From the IMG/VR virus record IMGVR_UViG_3300032093_000089, positions 6,297-70,296 of that record: 64,000 nucleotides of DNA; one strand, written 5' to 3'. The stretch is from a virus. The translations under genes and the position numbers were made by a program. The notes below the pieces were generated by a model. That model made no database searches. It was not told the origin of the DNA and was given only the letters and a program-made list of their open reading frames with translations. This document shows, piece by piece, positions 52,905-62,023 of the stretch (positions are counted from its first letter, which is position 1; the number at the start of each line of letters is the position of its first letter).

Positions 52905-54434
52905 TTAAAAATCAAGATGGAGTTGCCCTTTCCTAGCTAAACCTGTTACTAACCATACCAACGCATCCACACAATCGTCATGGCTACTGACGCCGAAATT
53001 CGTGAGTTCCTCGAAGAGATTTGTGAAATTCCTGAAGCGGTTGAAGATGATTTTTCGATCTTCAAACATGCCAATGATCCCCCTAAACCGTGCCAACTTG
53101 TCCGCACGGAATCCTTTAACGGGATGCCAAATCAAATTGTAGAGACCTTCGTTATTCAAACAAACCCGTTTAAAGTCGGCTTCCAAAGATGCTTGGTACT
53201 GGACGGCTTCTGACCAAATATCACACGTAGAGTAAGTCGGGAAATAGTTATCGTTAGCATCTTTACCAATGATGGACCAGTCATTGAGTAACTCTTTCAT
53301 GGCGTCTAGTTTTTCCAGATTACCCATGACCCGGATACGACGGTAATCAATGATATGAATACGATCTCCGATGCGACCGCCTAAAATCATTACCGTGTAA
53401 TCGTTTTTTTCTTTTACGCCTGCAGATAAGTCAACACCAATTCCAAGTGTATCGAATTCAGTTGAGATCTCTGCTTTAACAATTAATTCTGGTGCCAGAG
53501 ATAGTTCGTTCTGTCGAACGACTTGATTCATATATTGAAACGAAAAAGCGATTGGCGCTTGGCGTTTCTTTTCTTTTAAATAATCCAACGACCACATTTC
53601 TGGCCAGTAAGATTCCTCATCACCAGTAACCGGATCAGTTTGGATGGCAGAAAGAACAATCTGTGTCCAATTGTTTTGTTCATTAAATGTAGTGGAGTGA
53701 ATATCATCATGCCTAAAGCGGGTGCCAAGGCATATAGCCCTGCCTCCTTCGAACATGGTAGGTGCGATCACCGCGTTCCAATTATCCTGCATCATTTTCC
53801 GGATGTCAGGGTTGGAGATATCCGCAGCTGATTTGATGGCGTCATCAATCATGACCAGATGCGAACGCTTAGAGGTCACCGAACCTTTTAGACCAGCAGC
53901 GCAGAGCGTGAATTGTTCATCACCGGTTACGTCAATACCAGCAAACTTATGGTCAATAGACCAATACTCATTACTGGTGACATTTTTTAGTAACCGAACA
54001 GTAGGGAAAATTTCTTGATATTTTTTGCTTTCAATAATCCGTTTAATTGTTGCGGACTTAGAACGTGCAATATCAACCGTATAGGAAAGATAAAGAATCT
54101 GTAGAGGAAGCTTGGCTTGTGCGTGAACACCAATCGCCCACGCAGTTAACAAACCAAGAACTGTACTTTTGGCTGAGCCCCGTGGAGCAAGTAGATCAAC
54201 GTTGGGACCAGCAATTTTAATTAAACAGTTGCTGTCCTCCCCTGTAATGAAATGGCGGTGCCAATCCAAATGATGTTTAGCAGGTTTCTTTTTTTCATCC
54301 ATGTACTCACAGAAGTAACTGAAATCTTCTCGAGCACGTTCAATTAAATCTAAATTTTTCTGTGGCTTAACGTTGTATTTTTGCGCAGCAGCTTTTGCAT
54401 TACGCCTATACGCAAGATGAACGTAAGAGGGCAC
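52905..54434 (-). CDS. terL: terminase large subunit
   Basis: APRGSAKST Walker A, VMIDD Walker B, GTRF..DD, GVDLS, HDDCVDAL. Confidence 0.92.
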   Translation of the reverse strand: MPSYVHLAYRRNAKAAAQKYNVKPQKNLDLIERAREDFSYFCEYMDEKKKPAKHHLDWHRHFITGEDSNCLIKIAGPNVDLLAPRGSAKSTVLGLLTAWAIGVHAQAKLPLQILYLSYTVDIARSKSATIKRIIESKKYQEIFPTVRLLKNVTSNEYWSIDHKFAGIDVTGDEQFTLCAAGLKGSVTSKRSHLVMIDDAIKSAADISNPDIRKMMQDNWNAVIAPTMFEGGRAICLGTRFRHDDIHSTTFNEQNNWTQIVLSAIQTDPVTGDEESYWPEMWSLDYLKEKKRQAPIAFSFQYMNQVVRQNELSLAPELIVKAEISTEFDTLGIGVDLSAGVKEKNDYTVMILGGRIGDRIHIIDYRRIRVMGNLEKLDAMKELLNDWSIIGKDANDNYFPTYSTCDIWSEAVQYQASLEADFKRVCLNNEGLYNLIWHPVKGFRADKLARFRGIIGMFEDRKIIFNRFRNFTNLFEELTNFGVSSHDDCVDALVWLVTGLARKGQLHLDF

Positions 54435-54504
54435 AGGATTAAATCGGAGTATTCCTAAATACTAACCGAAAGCTTTAATCATGAAAGGGATTTCACTAAA
54501 CCCT

Positions 54505-54663
54505 TTACTTTGTCTTCTTGCGTTTCTGTTCTTGGTATTTACGAGCTTTATCTAACGCTGACCGACGTTTTTCTTTATCGGACATCTCAGAGCCGTCTTC
54601 GTTTTTGGCTTCTCGTTTCTTGAAGTGCTCAAGAAGTTCAGGAGGCATTTTATTTTTAGACAT
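54505..54663 (-). CDS. 52-aa charged protein (not in ORF track)
   Basis: MSKNKMPPELLEHFKKREAKNEDGSEMSDKEKRRSALDKARKYQEQKRKKTK*. Confidence 0.6.
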   Translation of the reverse strand: MSKNKMPPELLEHFKKREAKNEDGSEMSDKEKRRSALDKARKYQEQKRKKTK

Positions 54664-54675
54664 TATTTATCAACT

Positions 54676-55107
54676 CTACCGAAGACCACGGGCACGTTGT
54701 ATGAGTTGCTGATACTCAGGGCTACCTGGTTCGGGCATACGAGTACTGCGACCAGGACCAAAAGCAATGCCAGAACGCAAACCTCGAGCCGGACCTTGAC
54801 CAGTACCGCCAAAGGGCGCACCAAAAACTGTTGCACCACGTTCCACAGCGCCGCCTGGGGTTACTTCTGCAGTCTGACCTGTGCCGCTTTGCAGATCACG
54901 GAAAATCTCTTCTCTACGCCCGGTACGGTCCCGCTCACGAGTGATTTCACCACGGCGGAAAGATGATTCTTCCAGGCCGGGAGGAAGTGGTGTACTGCCA
55001 CCGGGGGCTTCCCTTGGGAACATGGAAGCTTTACCTGTTTGACGCGAACGCATCTGCGCTTCGGCTGCACTATTAGCTAAACCTCGATTCTGTGTTGTAG
55101 CGCCCAT
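54676..55107 (-). CDS. hypothetical protein
   Basis: ORF with upstream TAAAAT. Confidence 0.6.
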   Translation of the reverse strand: MGATTQNRGLANSAAEAQMRSRQTGKASMFPREAPGGSTPLPPGLEESSFRRGEITRERDRTGRREEIFRDLQSGTGQTAEVTPGGAVERGATVFGAPFGGTGQGPARGLRSGIAFGPGRSTRMPEPGSPEYQQLIQRARGLR

Positions 55108-55147
55108 AGCTATCGTTTTATTAAGTAATATTTTAGGCGAATTAGCC

Positions 55148-55681
55148 TTACTCTTCTAGTTGCATTCTAGCCCATACACTCATCGAAGCTTCTTGCAAAG
55201 GACCCTCAATAGGATCATCCTTGAAAATAAACATTAGTTCGCGAATTGCTCTATCAGCACCAGCCATTAATAATCCTTTACGATCTCTAGAGGCGGTGAA
55301 CTGATCGATTTGTGCAATAGCACCACGTAGTTCCTTTTGCATGCTAGCAATACGTGCTACACCTGCATCACGCTTAACTACTTCTAGTTCAACAGCATCC
55401 CGTAATTTGTGAATGTCCTCTTGCATTTTTTCAATTTCATACAAGAGGGTTTTACGGTGATCTGCTTTTTTATAATTGTCGTTAATCCAAAGATCACACG
55501 CAACAATACTTCCCGTATACCCAAGGAAGCGGGCATACAGGAAGCACTCGATAATTGAATTGTTCTCTTTAACAAAAGAACAAAAAGATTCTTGAATAGA
55601 AGAATCAAGGTCGTCGACCCACTGGTCGAAAATTTTAATATCGATAAGCTCGTTGGGCCTGACCGTAGTCACGCTCTTCAT
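55148..55681 (-). CDS. hypothetical helical protein, possible terminase small subunit
   Basis: Upstream of terL; coiled-coil; start uncertain. Confidence 0.45.
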   Translation of the reverse strand: MKSVTTVRPNELIDIKIFDQWVDDLDSSIQESFCSFVKENNSIIECFLYARFLGYTGSIVACDLWINDNYKKADHRKTLLYEIEKMQEDIHKLRDAVELEVVKRDAGVARIASMQKELRGAIAQIDQFTASRDRKGLLMAGADRAIRELMFIFKDDPIEGPLQEASMSVWARMQLEE

Positions 55682-55892
55682 CCTGTTGGCGGAATCGTTG
55701 TTGTTGCTCAGCAGAACCTCGTTGTTCTGCCGCGCCTTTACCGATGGTTTCTCGTTCTTGAGCACCTGATTCCTCCATTTTCTTCTTTGAGAACTCGTAA
55801 GCTACACCAGCTGCCTGGCGATATTTGTCGATATCAAACCAGTCATCTGTGCTGTAAGTATCGCTGATATCGCTAGAAGTTGTTGCAGCCAT
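55635..55892 (-). CDS. small putative virion protein
   Basis: DDWFDIDKY motif, Q/E-rich helix. Confidence 0.6.
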   Translation of the reverse strand: MAATTSSDISDTYSTDDWFDIDKYRQAAGVAYEFSKKKMEESGAQERETIGKGAAEQRGSAEQQQRFRQQDEERDYGQAQRAYRY

Positions 55893-55925
55893 TCTAGTAA
55901 CTCAAATTAGAAGTTGGTCGTCATA

Positions 55926-56093
55926 TCAGAAATTACTCATCATGCCGGCCAGACCAGTGCTAAAGATGTCGCGACGGCCTTCAACGCTTTTTTGGCGCTG
56001 CTGACGTTGTTTAGAAGCTTCCAGCCTTTCGAGCAGTTGCTCAAACTTGCTGATATCAAAATAATCGTCGTTGGTGTTGCCAGCAACAGTCAT
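55926..56093 (-). CDS. 55-aa protein (not in ORF track)
   Basis: MTVAGNTNDDYFDISKFEQLLERLEASKQRQQRQKSVEGRRDIFSTGLAGMMSNF*. Confidence 0.65.
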   Translation of the reverse strand: MTVAGNTNDDYFDISKFEQLLERLEASKQRQQRQKSVEGRRDIFSTGLAGMMSNF

Positions 56094-56139
56094 GACAGTT
56101 CCATAACTAATTAACTAATTAATTATAATAGGTATTTTC

Positions 56140-57273
56140 TTAGAAACTAAAAGAACCAACCAAGCTCTTATAGATGTCGCCCTGTGCAGCAATTTTTTGC
56201 ACTTCTTTGGCGCCTTCGTTCTTAAGCTTTTGGGTTTCCTTATCAATTTCACCTTGAAGGTTAGTTAACCCAGCACCATACAGGAACTGACGTGAGTCAC
56301 GTACGTTCTGAAGTTGCTGTTCCACTTCTGCAGGAGTTCCTTCAAACTGATCCGCAAAATTTGGAAGAGTAACTTTTGTACGTGCTGCCAAATCCCCGCC
56401 ATAAGTAGGCAACAAATTCTTATCAAATTTGAAATTGCGTTTACCAGTACCAACGCCTTCAGCGTCCTTAAGCTCGTCACCATACATGGTGTCATAGTAA
56501 GAGTCTAGATAGCTGCGATTAAATTTTTTCTGATACTCCTGACCTTTGTATAGGGATTCTTTAAGTTCATTAACCGTTTGGTAGTAACCCCCTTTAAATT
56601 TCTCCAAACCAGAAGCCATTTCTTCTTCACTGGCTTTACGACCTAAAACTTCTTCATATGCAGCACCCAATCCAGTTTCAAAACGTTTAGGTGCAATTTC
56701 TTCTGAGTACAGTTTGGCAAACTGATTAACATCACCTTCTTTACCAAACATGTCATATTTGGTTGTGTACTCACGCAAATAATCTTGAGCTTGACTAAAA
56801 CCAATTAAACCACTACGTAACTGTCCTTCAAGTGAAGCCTTAAAGGGATTATATCCAGATTCTGCAGATGCTTTACGAGCAGCTTCTGCAGCTGCTGCAG
56901 TTTGCTCTTTGGCAGTAATTCGTTCTTCTTCTCTGGTTGCTTTACTTCGATAAAACAAACGGTCGGCTTCTGCATACTCAAGTCCTTGTTTTTGAAGACC
57001 ATAAAGCTCGGCGTCGCGTTTTGTTTGATATGCTAATTGTTGTTCCGCCAGTGTTCTATTAAACGATGCAGCGTCTGTAGCGCGAGCGTCGGCTTTAAGA
57101 TCTAAAGCATTACGACGTTCATCTGCAATTCTTTGTTGTTCAAGTTGAGTTTTATAAAATGTTGCTTGACGAGCAGCTTCTTCTCGTTCAAACTGAAGTT
57201 CTTGAGCCCGAGTTGCAGCTTGAATTTGGGCTACTTTCTCTGAATTATCTTGAACCCTTCGTCCGCCACTCAT
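56140..57273 (-). CDS. coiled-coil putative internal virion protein
   Basis: A/E/Q-rich helical ORF. Confidence 0.6.
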   Translation of the reverse strand: MSGGRRVQDNSEKVAQIQAATRAQELQFEREEAARQATFYKTQLEQQRIADERRNALDLKADARATDAASFNRTLAEQQLAYQTKRDAELYGLQKQGLEYAEADRLFYRSKATREEERITAKEQTAAAAEAARKASAESGYNPFKASLEGQLRSGLIGFSQAQDYLREYTTKYDMFGKEGDVNQFAKLYSEEIAPKRFETGLGAAYEEVLGRKASEEEMASGLEKFKGGYYQTVNELKESLYKGQEYQKKFNRSYLDSYYDTMYGDELKDAEGVGTGKRNFKFDKNLLPTYGGDLAARTKVTLPNFADQFEGTPAEVEQQLQNVRDSRQFLYGAGLTNLQGEIDKETQKLKNEGAKEVQKIAAQGDIYKSLVGSFSF

Positions 57274-57312
57274 ATCTAATAAATGCTTGTTGTTTTTATT
57301 TTAACTCAAGCT

Positions 57313-58071
57313 TTATCCATAAGAGCTAAAGCCAGCAGAATAGTTGCCAAACATCTTATCTAATACACCACGGTTAATGGCGACTGCTTCTTTAATGCGT
57401 CCTTGACGTTCTTTTTCTGAAAGCTGACGTGCTTCTGGTGACAAGGCAATACCAATGCCTTGACGTTGGCGATAACCTTGCTCAGCTGTTTCCATTGGAT
57501 CTTGGAAAAATGCTTTAAATTTACCAGCGCGTTCGGCTAGTTGTTGGTTTTGAGTATTTAATAAACTGTTATTAGCAAACGCATTATCTGCTACACGCAA
57601 ATTATTACTGGTGTCAATAACGGAATTCAATGCATCCATTGATTTACCGGCAAGCCCGCCACGTATCTCACCGGCTTGGGCAATTAATCCGCGTTGAATA
57701 TCGCCTTCATTTTTAGTTAAGAAGGCATTCATACCATAAGTATAATTATCAGTACGTGCATCTTGAGCTGCCTTAACATTCATAAGGTCAGCAATTGATC
57801 TATAACCACGGTCTAGGCGATTCTGCCCCATAGCCATCGCTGTGCCATACAGCGAAGCAGTTGCAGCCATGTTTGCGGCATTTGCTTGAATCTGAGCAGC
57901 ATTCCGCTGGGCTCGACCTTGAAATATGCCGCCGACAAGGTTGCCGATAGCACCTATGCCAAAACCTCCAAAAGTTGCCCAATCAAATGCCATACCACCG
58001 CCACTGTTTTTTAAAGGTGAATTCGTTAAAAATGAATTCGTTGTAGAGCTGAGATAATCTGCGGCAGACAT
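57313..58071 (-). CDS. putative ejection/pilot-like protein
   Basis: Gly-rich hydrophobic N-terminus followed by A/Q/N coiled coil. Confidence 0.55.
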   Translation of the reverse strand: MSAADYLSSTTNSFLTNSPLKNSGGGMAFDWATFGGFGIGAIGNLVGGIFQGRAQRNAAQIQANAANMAATASLYGTAMAMGQNRLDRGYRSIADLMNVKAAQDARTDNYTYGMNAFLTKNEGDIQRGLIAQAGEIRGGLAGKSMDALNSVIDTSNNLRVADNAFANNSLLNTQNQQLAERAGKFKAFFQDPMETAEQGYRQRQGIGIALSPEARQLSEKERQGRIKEAVAINRGVLDKMFGNYSAGFSSYG

Positions 58072-58099
58072 CTCAATTCCTCCATGGGTTTATTTTAAA

Positions 58100-58651
58100 T
58101 CAAAAATATGTTGGAGCTTGACTGCCTTGAACAACAGGCATATTCATAGGAGTACGTGCAGCAGCAAACGCTGCCGCTAAGCGATCACCAGAGCCAGCAA
58201 TCATATCAGCCGCATAACGTGCAGCTTCTGGTGTACCGTAAGGATTCATGGACATTGCAATACCTTTGGTTAAGTTTTCAAGTCCACTACCCAAAGTATT
58301 AAACATTAAGGATTTCCAACCCTTACGCGTTTGGTATTTATCAAACATTTCAGCTTTGCGTTCTTGTTCTTCTGGAGACATATCTTTTTGATACATATCC
58401 ATCAAACGATTAACAAGCTGTGAATCAGCAGAACCTTGGCTAAAGAAACTTGGACCAACCAGTTTTTGTACTTCAGGGTCTAAATTTTTAAACATTTCAG
58501 CCCGACGGTTGAGTTCATCAAACTCAAATTGAAGCTGATCAGGACCCATTGGAGAAGTAGATGTTCCAAAAGAAGTAAACGGACGAGTACCGGCTAAAGG
58601 TAGTCCGTTAATGTTTTTAGTGACTCCAATATCCGAAAAACTCGTAGCCAT
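58100..58651 (-). CDS. hypothetical virion protein
   Basis: ORF in structural run. Confidence 0.55.
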   Translation of the reverse strand: MATSFSDIGVTKNINGLPLAGTRPFTSFGTSTSPMGPDQLQFEFDELNRRAEMFKNLDPEVQKLVGPSFFSQGSADSQLVNRLMDMYQKDMSPEEQERKAEMFDKYQTRKGWKSLMFNTLGSGLENLTKGIAMSMNPYGTPEAARYAADMIAGSGDRLAAAFAAARTPMNMPVVQGSQAPTYF

Positions 58652-58654
58652 GGA

Positions 58655-59515
58655 TCAACCCCGGAATGCAGAAGAAGCGTACGGATTGCTGGTCATCATG
58701 GTCCGCAGGTTTTCACCAGCCTGGGCCTGAGCACCACCAGCAAGCTGGAAAGCATACTGCTGACGGTTCAGAGCACCAGTCAATTGACCCAACTGTTGGT
58801 TCAGTTGCATCTGACGTTGCACGTCAGCGTTCTTCATTTGATTAGCAATAGGCAGCATGGCCTGGGCTTGCTCAACCGGGATATTGACACCAGCTAAACG
58901 CAGCAACTCAGCCATCTCGCGTTTTTCACCAGTCAGGTTGCTAAGACCAACGCCACCTGGTGAAGTGCCGGGAATCAAACCGGGAGTCTGGCCTGCTTCA
59001 CGCTGTTGTCCAGTAACTGCACTAGCTAGGTTGCCAACTGCTTGCGCAGCTTGGCCAGCAACACCGCCACCAACAGCGCCACCAATAAGGCCGCCCACCG
59101 CACGAATACCAGCAGAAGCAATCTTTCCTCGTGTTCCTGGCATTGCTGTTTGCGCAGCCTGAGCCAAGCCACCAACTAAACCGGCACCTGCAACACCACC
59201 ACCAATCTCGCCAATACCGCGAGGAATTTCGCCTTGAGCAAGGCTACCTAAACCAAAAGCAACAGGAAGACCAAGACCAGCAACAAGTTGGCCCGTACGA
59301 CCACCCACAACATTGCCAGTTGCTTCGCCAGCGCCTCTAAGTTTATTGATTAATTCTTCAAAGTATTTACCACGCGCCTCATCAGCAATTACCTGTTCCC
59401 CAGCTGTTGGGAACTTTCCCTGGCCAGGGGCAAACATACTGCTACCGGCAGTGATGCGATCAATGGGAGTCGACGGTCCCATCATCCCCTCCATTGGGAA
59501 TTGATAATTAGCCAT
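58655..59515 (-). CDS. glycine-zipper putative ejection protein
   Basis: GGxxGGxxG segments; Q-rich C-terminus. Confidence 0.55.
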   Translation of the reverse strand: MANYQFPMEGMMGPSTPIDRITAGSSMFAPGQGKFPTAGEQVIADEARGKYFEELINKLRGAGEATGNVVGGRTGQLVAGLGLPVAFGLGSLAQGEIPRGIGEIGGGVAGAGLVGGLAQAAQTAMPGTRGKIASAGIRAVGGLIGGAVGGGVAGQAAQAVGNLASAVTGQQREAGQTPGLIPGTSPGGVGLSNLTGEKREMAELLRLAGVNIPVEQAQAMLPIANQMKNADVQRQMQLNQQLGQLTGALNRQQYAFQLAGGAQAQAGENLRTMMTSNPYASSAFRG

Positions 59516-59552
59516 ACCCTTGTACGTTCCTATTTAAATTAATTTTATCAGC

Positions 59553-60503
59553 CTACATACCTTGCTGATAATTTTGAAGTTCTTCTAATTTAGGGCGATT
59601 AGCGCTAGCAATTACTTCATTAATCAGATTGCCGGCAGCAACGCCCGCTAAAGAACCCAACCCACCTGCAACAATTCCACGTACAGCCCGTTGCCGTGGT
59701 TCGTAATACTGTTTAACCGTTTGACCGCCGGGGGTTTGAACCCTGCTCTTGATCTGTGCTTCACGTGCCGCAATGGAACCTGCGGCAAAACCACCAACCA
59801 TCGGCAGTGTCACCGGGAACCCAAGCATCCGGGCCTCTGGGTATCCTTGAAGGTTTTCAGAGGTTGCCTTAACAATACCAAGATCTAACAGACCACGTTC
59901 GTTGTACAAGAAGTTTTGGTAGTTGGCGTACCGTTGCGGAGTAAGAGAAGGAATATCTTGTTTGGCAGTTTCGTACTTAAGGGGTTCTCCGGTGCGGCCC
60001 ATAAAGAAGCGGTCAACTAATTCTTGTACAGGTTGAGCTGTTTCCCTCCGATCTTCTGAACCTGGTTCTGAATAAGTTTGGGCGTAACCCTTGGGACGGA
60101 ACATCTCGCCGGGGTTAAGTAAGTTGTAGGTACCAGCGGCTGCTACCGCAGGTGCGGCAATTGCGAGTCCAGCAGCAGCACGCGCCGTAGGAGAAGGAAT
60201 CGTATTAACACCGACCTCCACACCCTTCTGAGCTAACGACAAGGGATGGTTGAAACGCCACCAGTAAGTTCGACTACCGTCGTTTGCAGCATCCACCACA
60301 AGCCTGGACACATATGCCCCAAGAAATTGCGCAGGTGTATCTCTAAGAGTGACACCACGTTTTGCAACTTCCTGTTTAAAACGAGGATCTAAAATGCTCT
60401 GGCCATACCCCAAACCGGTCGTGGCGCTTGTACGTTGAGCTGCATCAGCTTTACGCACTCCAGTTTTAATATCTTGAAGGATATTTTTAAGCTGGAAATT
60501 CAT
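59553..60503 (-). CDS. hypothetical protein with TM-like segments
   Basis: Three Ala/Gly hydrophobic stretches. Confidence 0.55.
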   Translation of the reverse strand: MNFQLKNILQDIKTGVRKADAAQRTSATTGLGYGQSILDPRFKQEVAKRGVTLRDTPAQFLGAYVSRLVVDAANDGSRTYWWRFNHPLSLAQKGVEVGVNTIPSPTARAAAGLAIAAPAVAAAGTYNLLNPGEMFRPKGYAQTYSEPGSEDRRETAQPVQELVDRFFMGRTGEPLKYETAKQDIPSLTPQRYANYQNFLYNERGLLDLGIVKATSENLQGYPEARMLGFPVTLPMVGGFAAGSIAAREAQIKSRVQTPGGQTVKQYYEPRQRAVRGIVAGGLGSLAGVAAGNLINEVIASANRPKLEELQNYQQGM

Positions 60504-61111
60504 CGTAATGCACCGCCACGCATGATGCCGTAAGGATCAAGAGAGGGGTCTACTCTTCCAAGAGTAGATTCAACCCCTTGCATTTGGAACATTGTTCCAG
60601 GAGATAAAGATTGCGCTTGAAGATTATTAATTAAATCACGTTGCATAAGTTGTTGTTCAGCGGTTGCTGTTTGATCCATTGCAACAGGTTCTGCAATTAG
60701 TTGCTGAAGTTGCTGTTGATTTAAACCAGCAATTTGATCAGCTGCAAGCATAGGAGCCGTTGCAATAGCAGCGCCAATACTGCCGGCACCCATGGCTACG
60801 TTCTGAAGCACGGACATGTCTCCTGGCTTGGCACCAGCAAGAAAATTGGCTGCACGTTTACCAGTAAGGTTAGAAAGCATCTCAGGAGTTAGCTTTCCTG
60901 CAAGGCGTGCACCTGCAGCTGATAAACCAATATCTAAACCACCAGTCAACAAGGAAGTACCAAGGCCTCCTCCTCCAAGAGCAGTAAAACCAGTTGTTAA
61001 AACAGCGCCGGGGATGGATGCTTTTGCTGCTTCCCTGGTTGCAGGTGCCGTCATCGCTTGGCCCATACGAGAACCAAGGATACGTTGTAATGCTTGCCCT
61101 GCAAGTTTCAT
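60500..61111 (-). CDS. Gly/Ala-rich hypothetical protein
   Basis: ATGA-coupled. Confidence 0.55.
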   Translation of the reverse strand: MKLAGQALQRILGSRMGQAMTAPATREAAKASIPGAVLTTGFTALGGGGLGTSLLTGGLDIGLSAAGARLAGKLTPEMLSNLTGKRAANFLAGAKPGDMSVLQNVAMGAGSIGAAIATAPMLAADQIAGLNQQQLQQLIAEPVAMDQTATAEQQLMQRDLINNLQAQSLSPGTMFQMQGVESTLGRVDPSLDPYGIMRGGALR

Positions 61112-61151
61112 GTTATCGACGCCCTTTTAATTATTATATTCCCGCTATCTT

Positions 61152-61799
61152 TTAAGTTTCTGCGGGGGCAGGAGGTTCAGTTGGTTCTTCTTCAACCGTT
61201 GTTTCACCAGCGCTTTCTTCTTTTTTTACCTCCAGGGGCTTCATTACCCCCTTCCTGTCCAACAACTGTGCGATAGACATCTTTCCTTCCATTTCGTTTT
61301 CCGCACGATTCTCCGCCGCCGACATCAGATATCCGTTTGGATCTGGATTCCTCATACGAGGCATCGGATTTTTAGAAACTTTATCAGGGCGGACCGTTGG
61401 ACTTAAACGATATGCATCTACCCACACTGGATTAAAATCTGGTTGATCTTGGGGACGTTGCTCCGTAAGAGCCCTACCTTCGTTGAAGTCATACGCTGTT
61501 GGGCGGTTAAAGCGCCCTAAACCTTCAAACAGTTCGTAGTTAGTTGAATCATCGGTATTGGTGCCAAAAAACGGTGAGTTAGAAACAAAATTAAGATCTG
61601 GATTCAATGTACGCTTTCGCGTCATCATCCGTTTAGTTAAATCACTTTCTTTAAACCGTGATGGATTCCAAGGATATTCACCCGTGTTGGGTTTAGTGCG
61701 AAATAATTCATCAAAATCCAAGTTGGCTCGGATCTTGCCATTGTTATTAAATGGGTTGGTTATATAGCGGCCCAGGTCTAGCCTATGGTCCTTTGCCAT
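61152..61799 (-). CDS. hypothetical protein
   Basis: TAATG-coupled. Confidence 0.6.
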   Translation of the reverse strand: MAKDHRLDLGRYITNPFNNNGKIRANLDFDELFRTKPNTGEYPWNPSRFKESDLTKRMMTRKRTLNPDLNFVSNSPFFGTNTDDSTNYELFEGLGRFNRPTAYDFNEGRALTEQRPQDQPDFNPVWVDAYRLSPTVRPDKVSKNPMPRMRNPDPNGYLMSAAENRAENEMEGKMSIAQLLDRKGVMKPLEVKKEESAGETTVEEEPTEPPAPAET

Positions 61800-62023
61800 T
61801 AGCTTTTAGCCTTTTTCTTCTTACCGTGCAATCCTACCAACGTCTGTCGCAACCGAGCTTGTTTGACGGTTTTTTCGTCGTACTTGTCCGGGTTAGAAAG
61901 AACATTCTCTTGTAACTGCGCAGTAGTAATCCCCTTCTTCTTGGCTTTAGCAGTAAAGGCACCTTCTTTCATTTCTGTGCCTTGAATCCACTTCTTGTCC
62001 TTTTTCTTTTTTTCTTCAGCCAT
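61799..62023 (-). CDS. small basic phage protein
   Basis: KKWIQ...KEGAFTAKAK..KQARL. Confidence 0.65.
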   Translation of the reverse strand: MAEEKKKKDKKWIQGTEMKEGAFTAKAKKKGITTAQLQENVLSNPDKYDEKTVKQARLRQTLVGLHGKKKKAKS

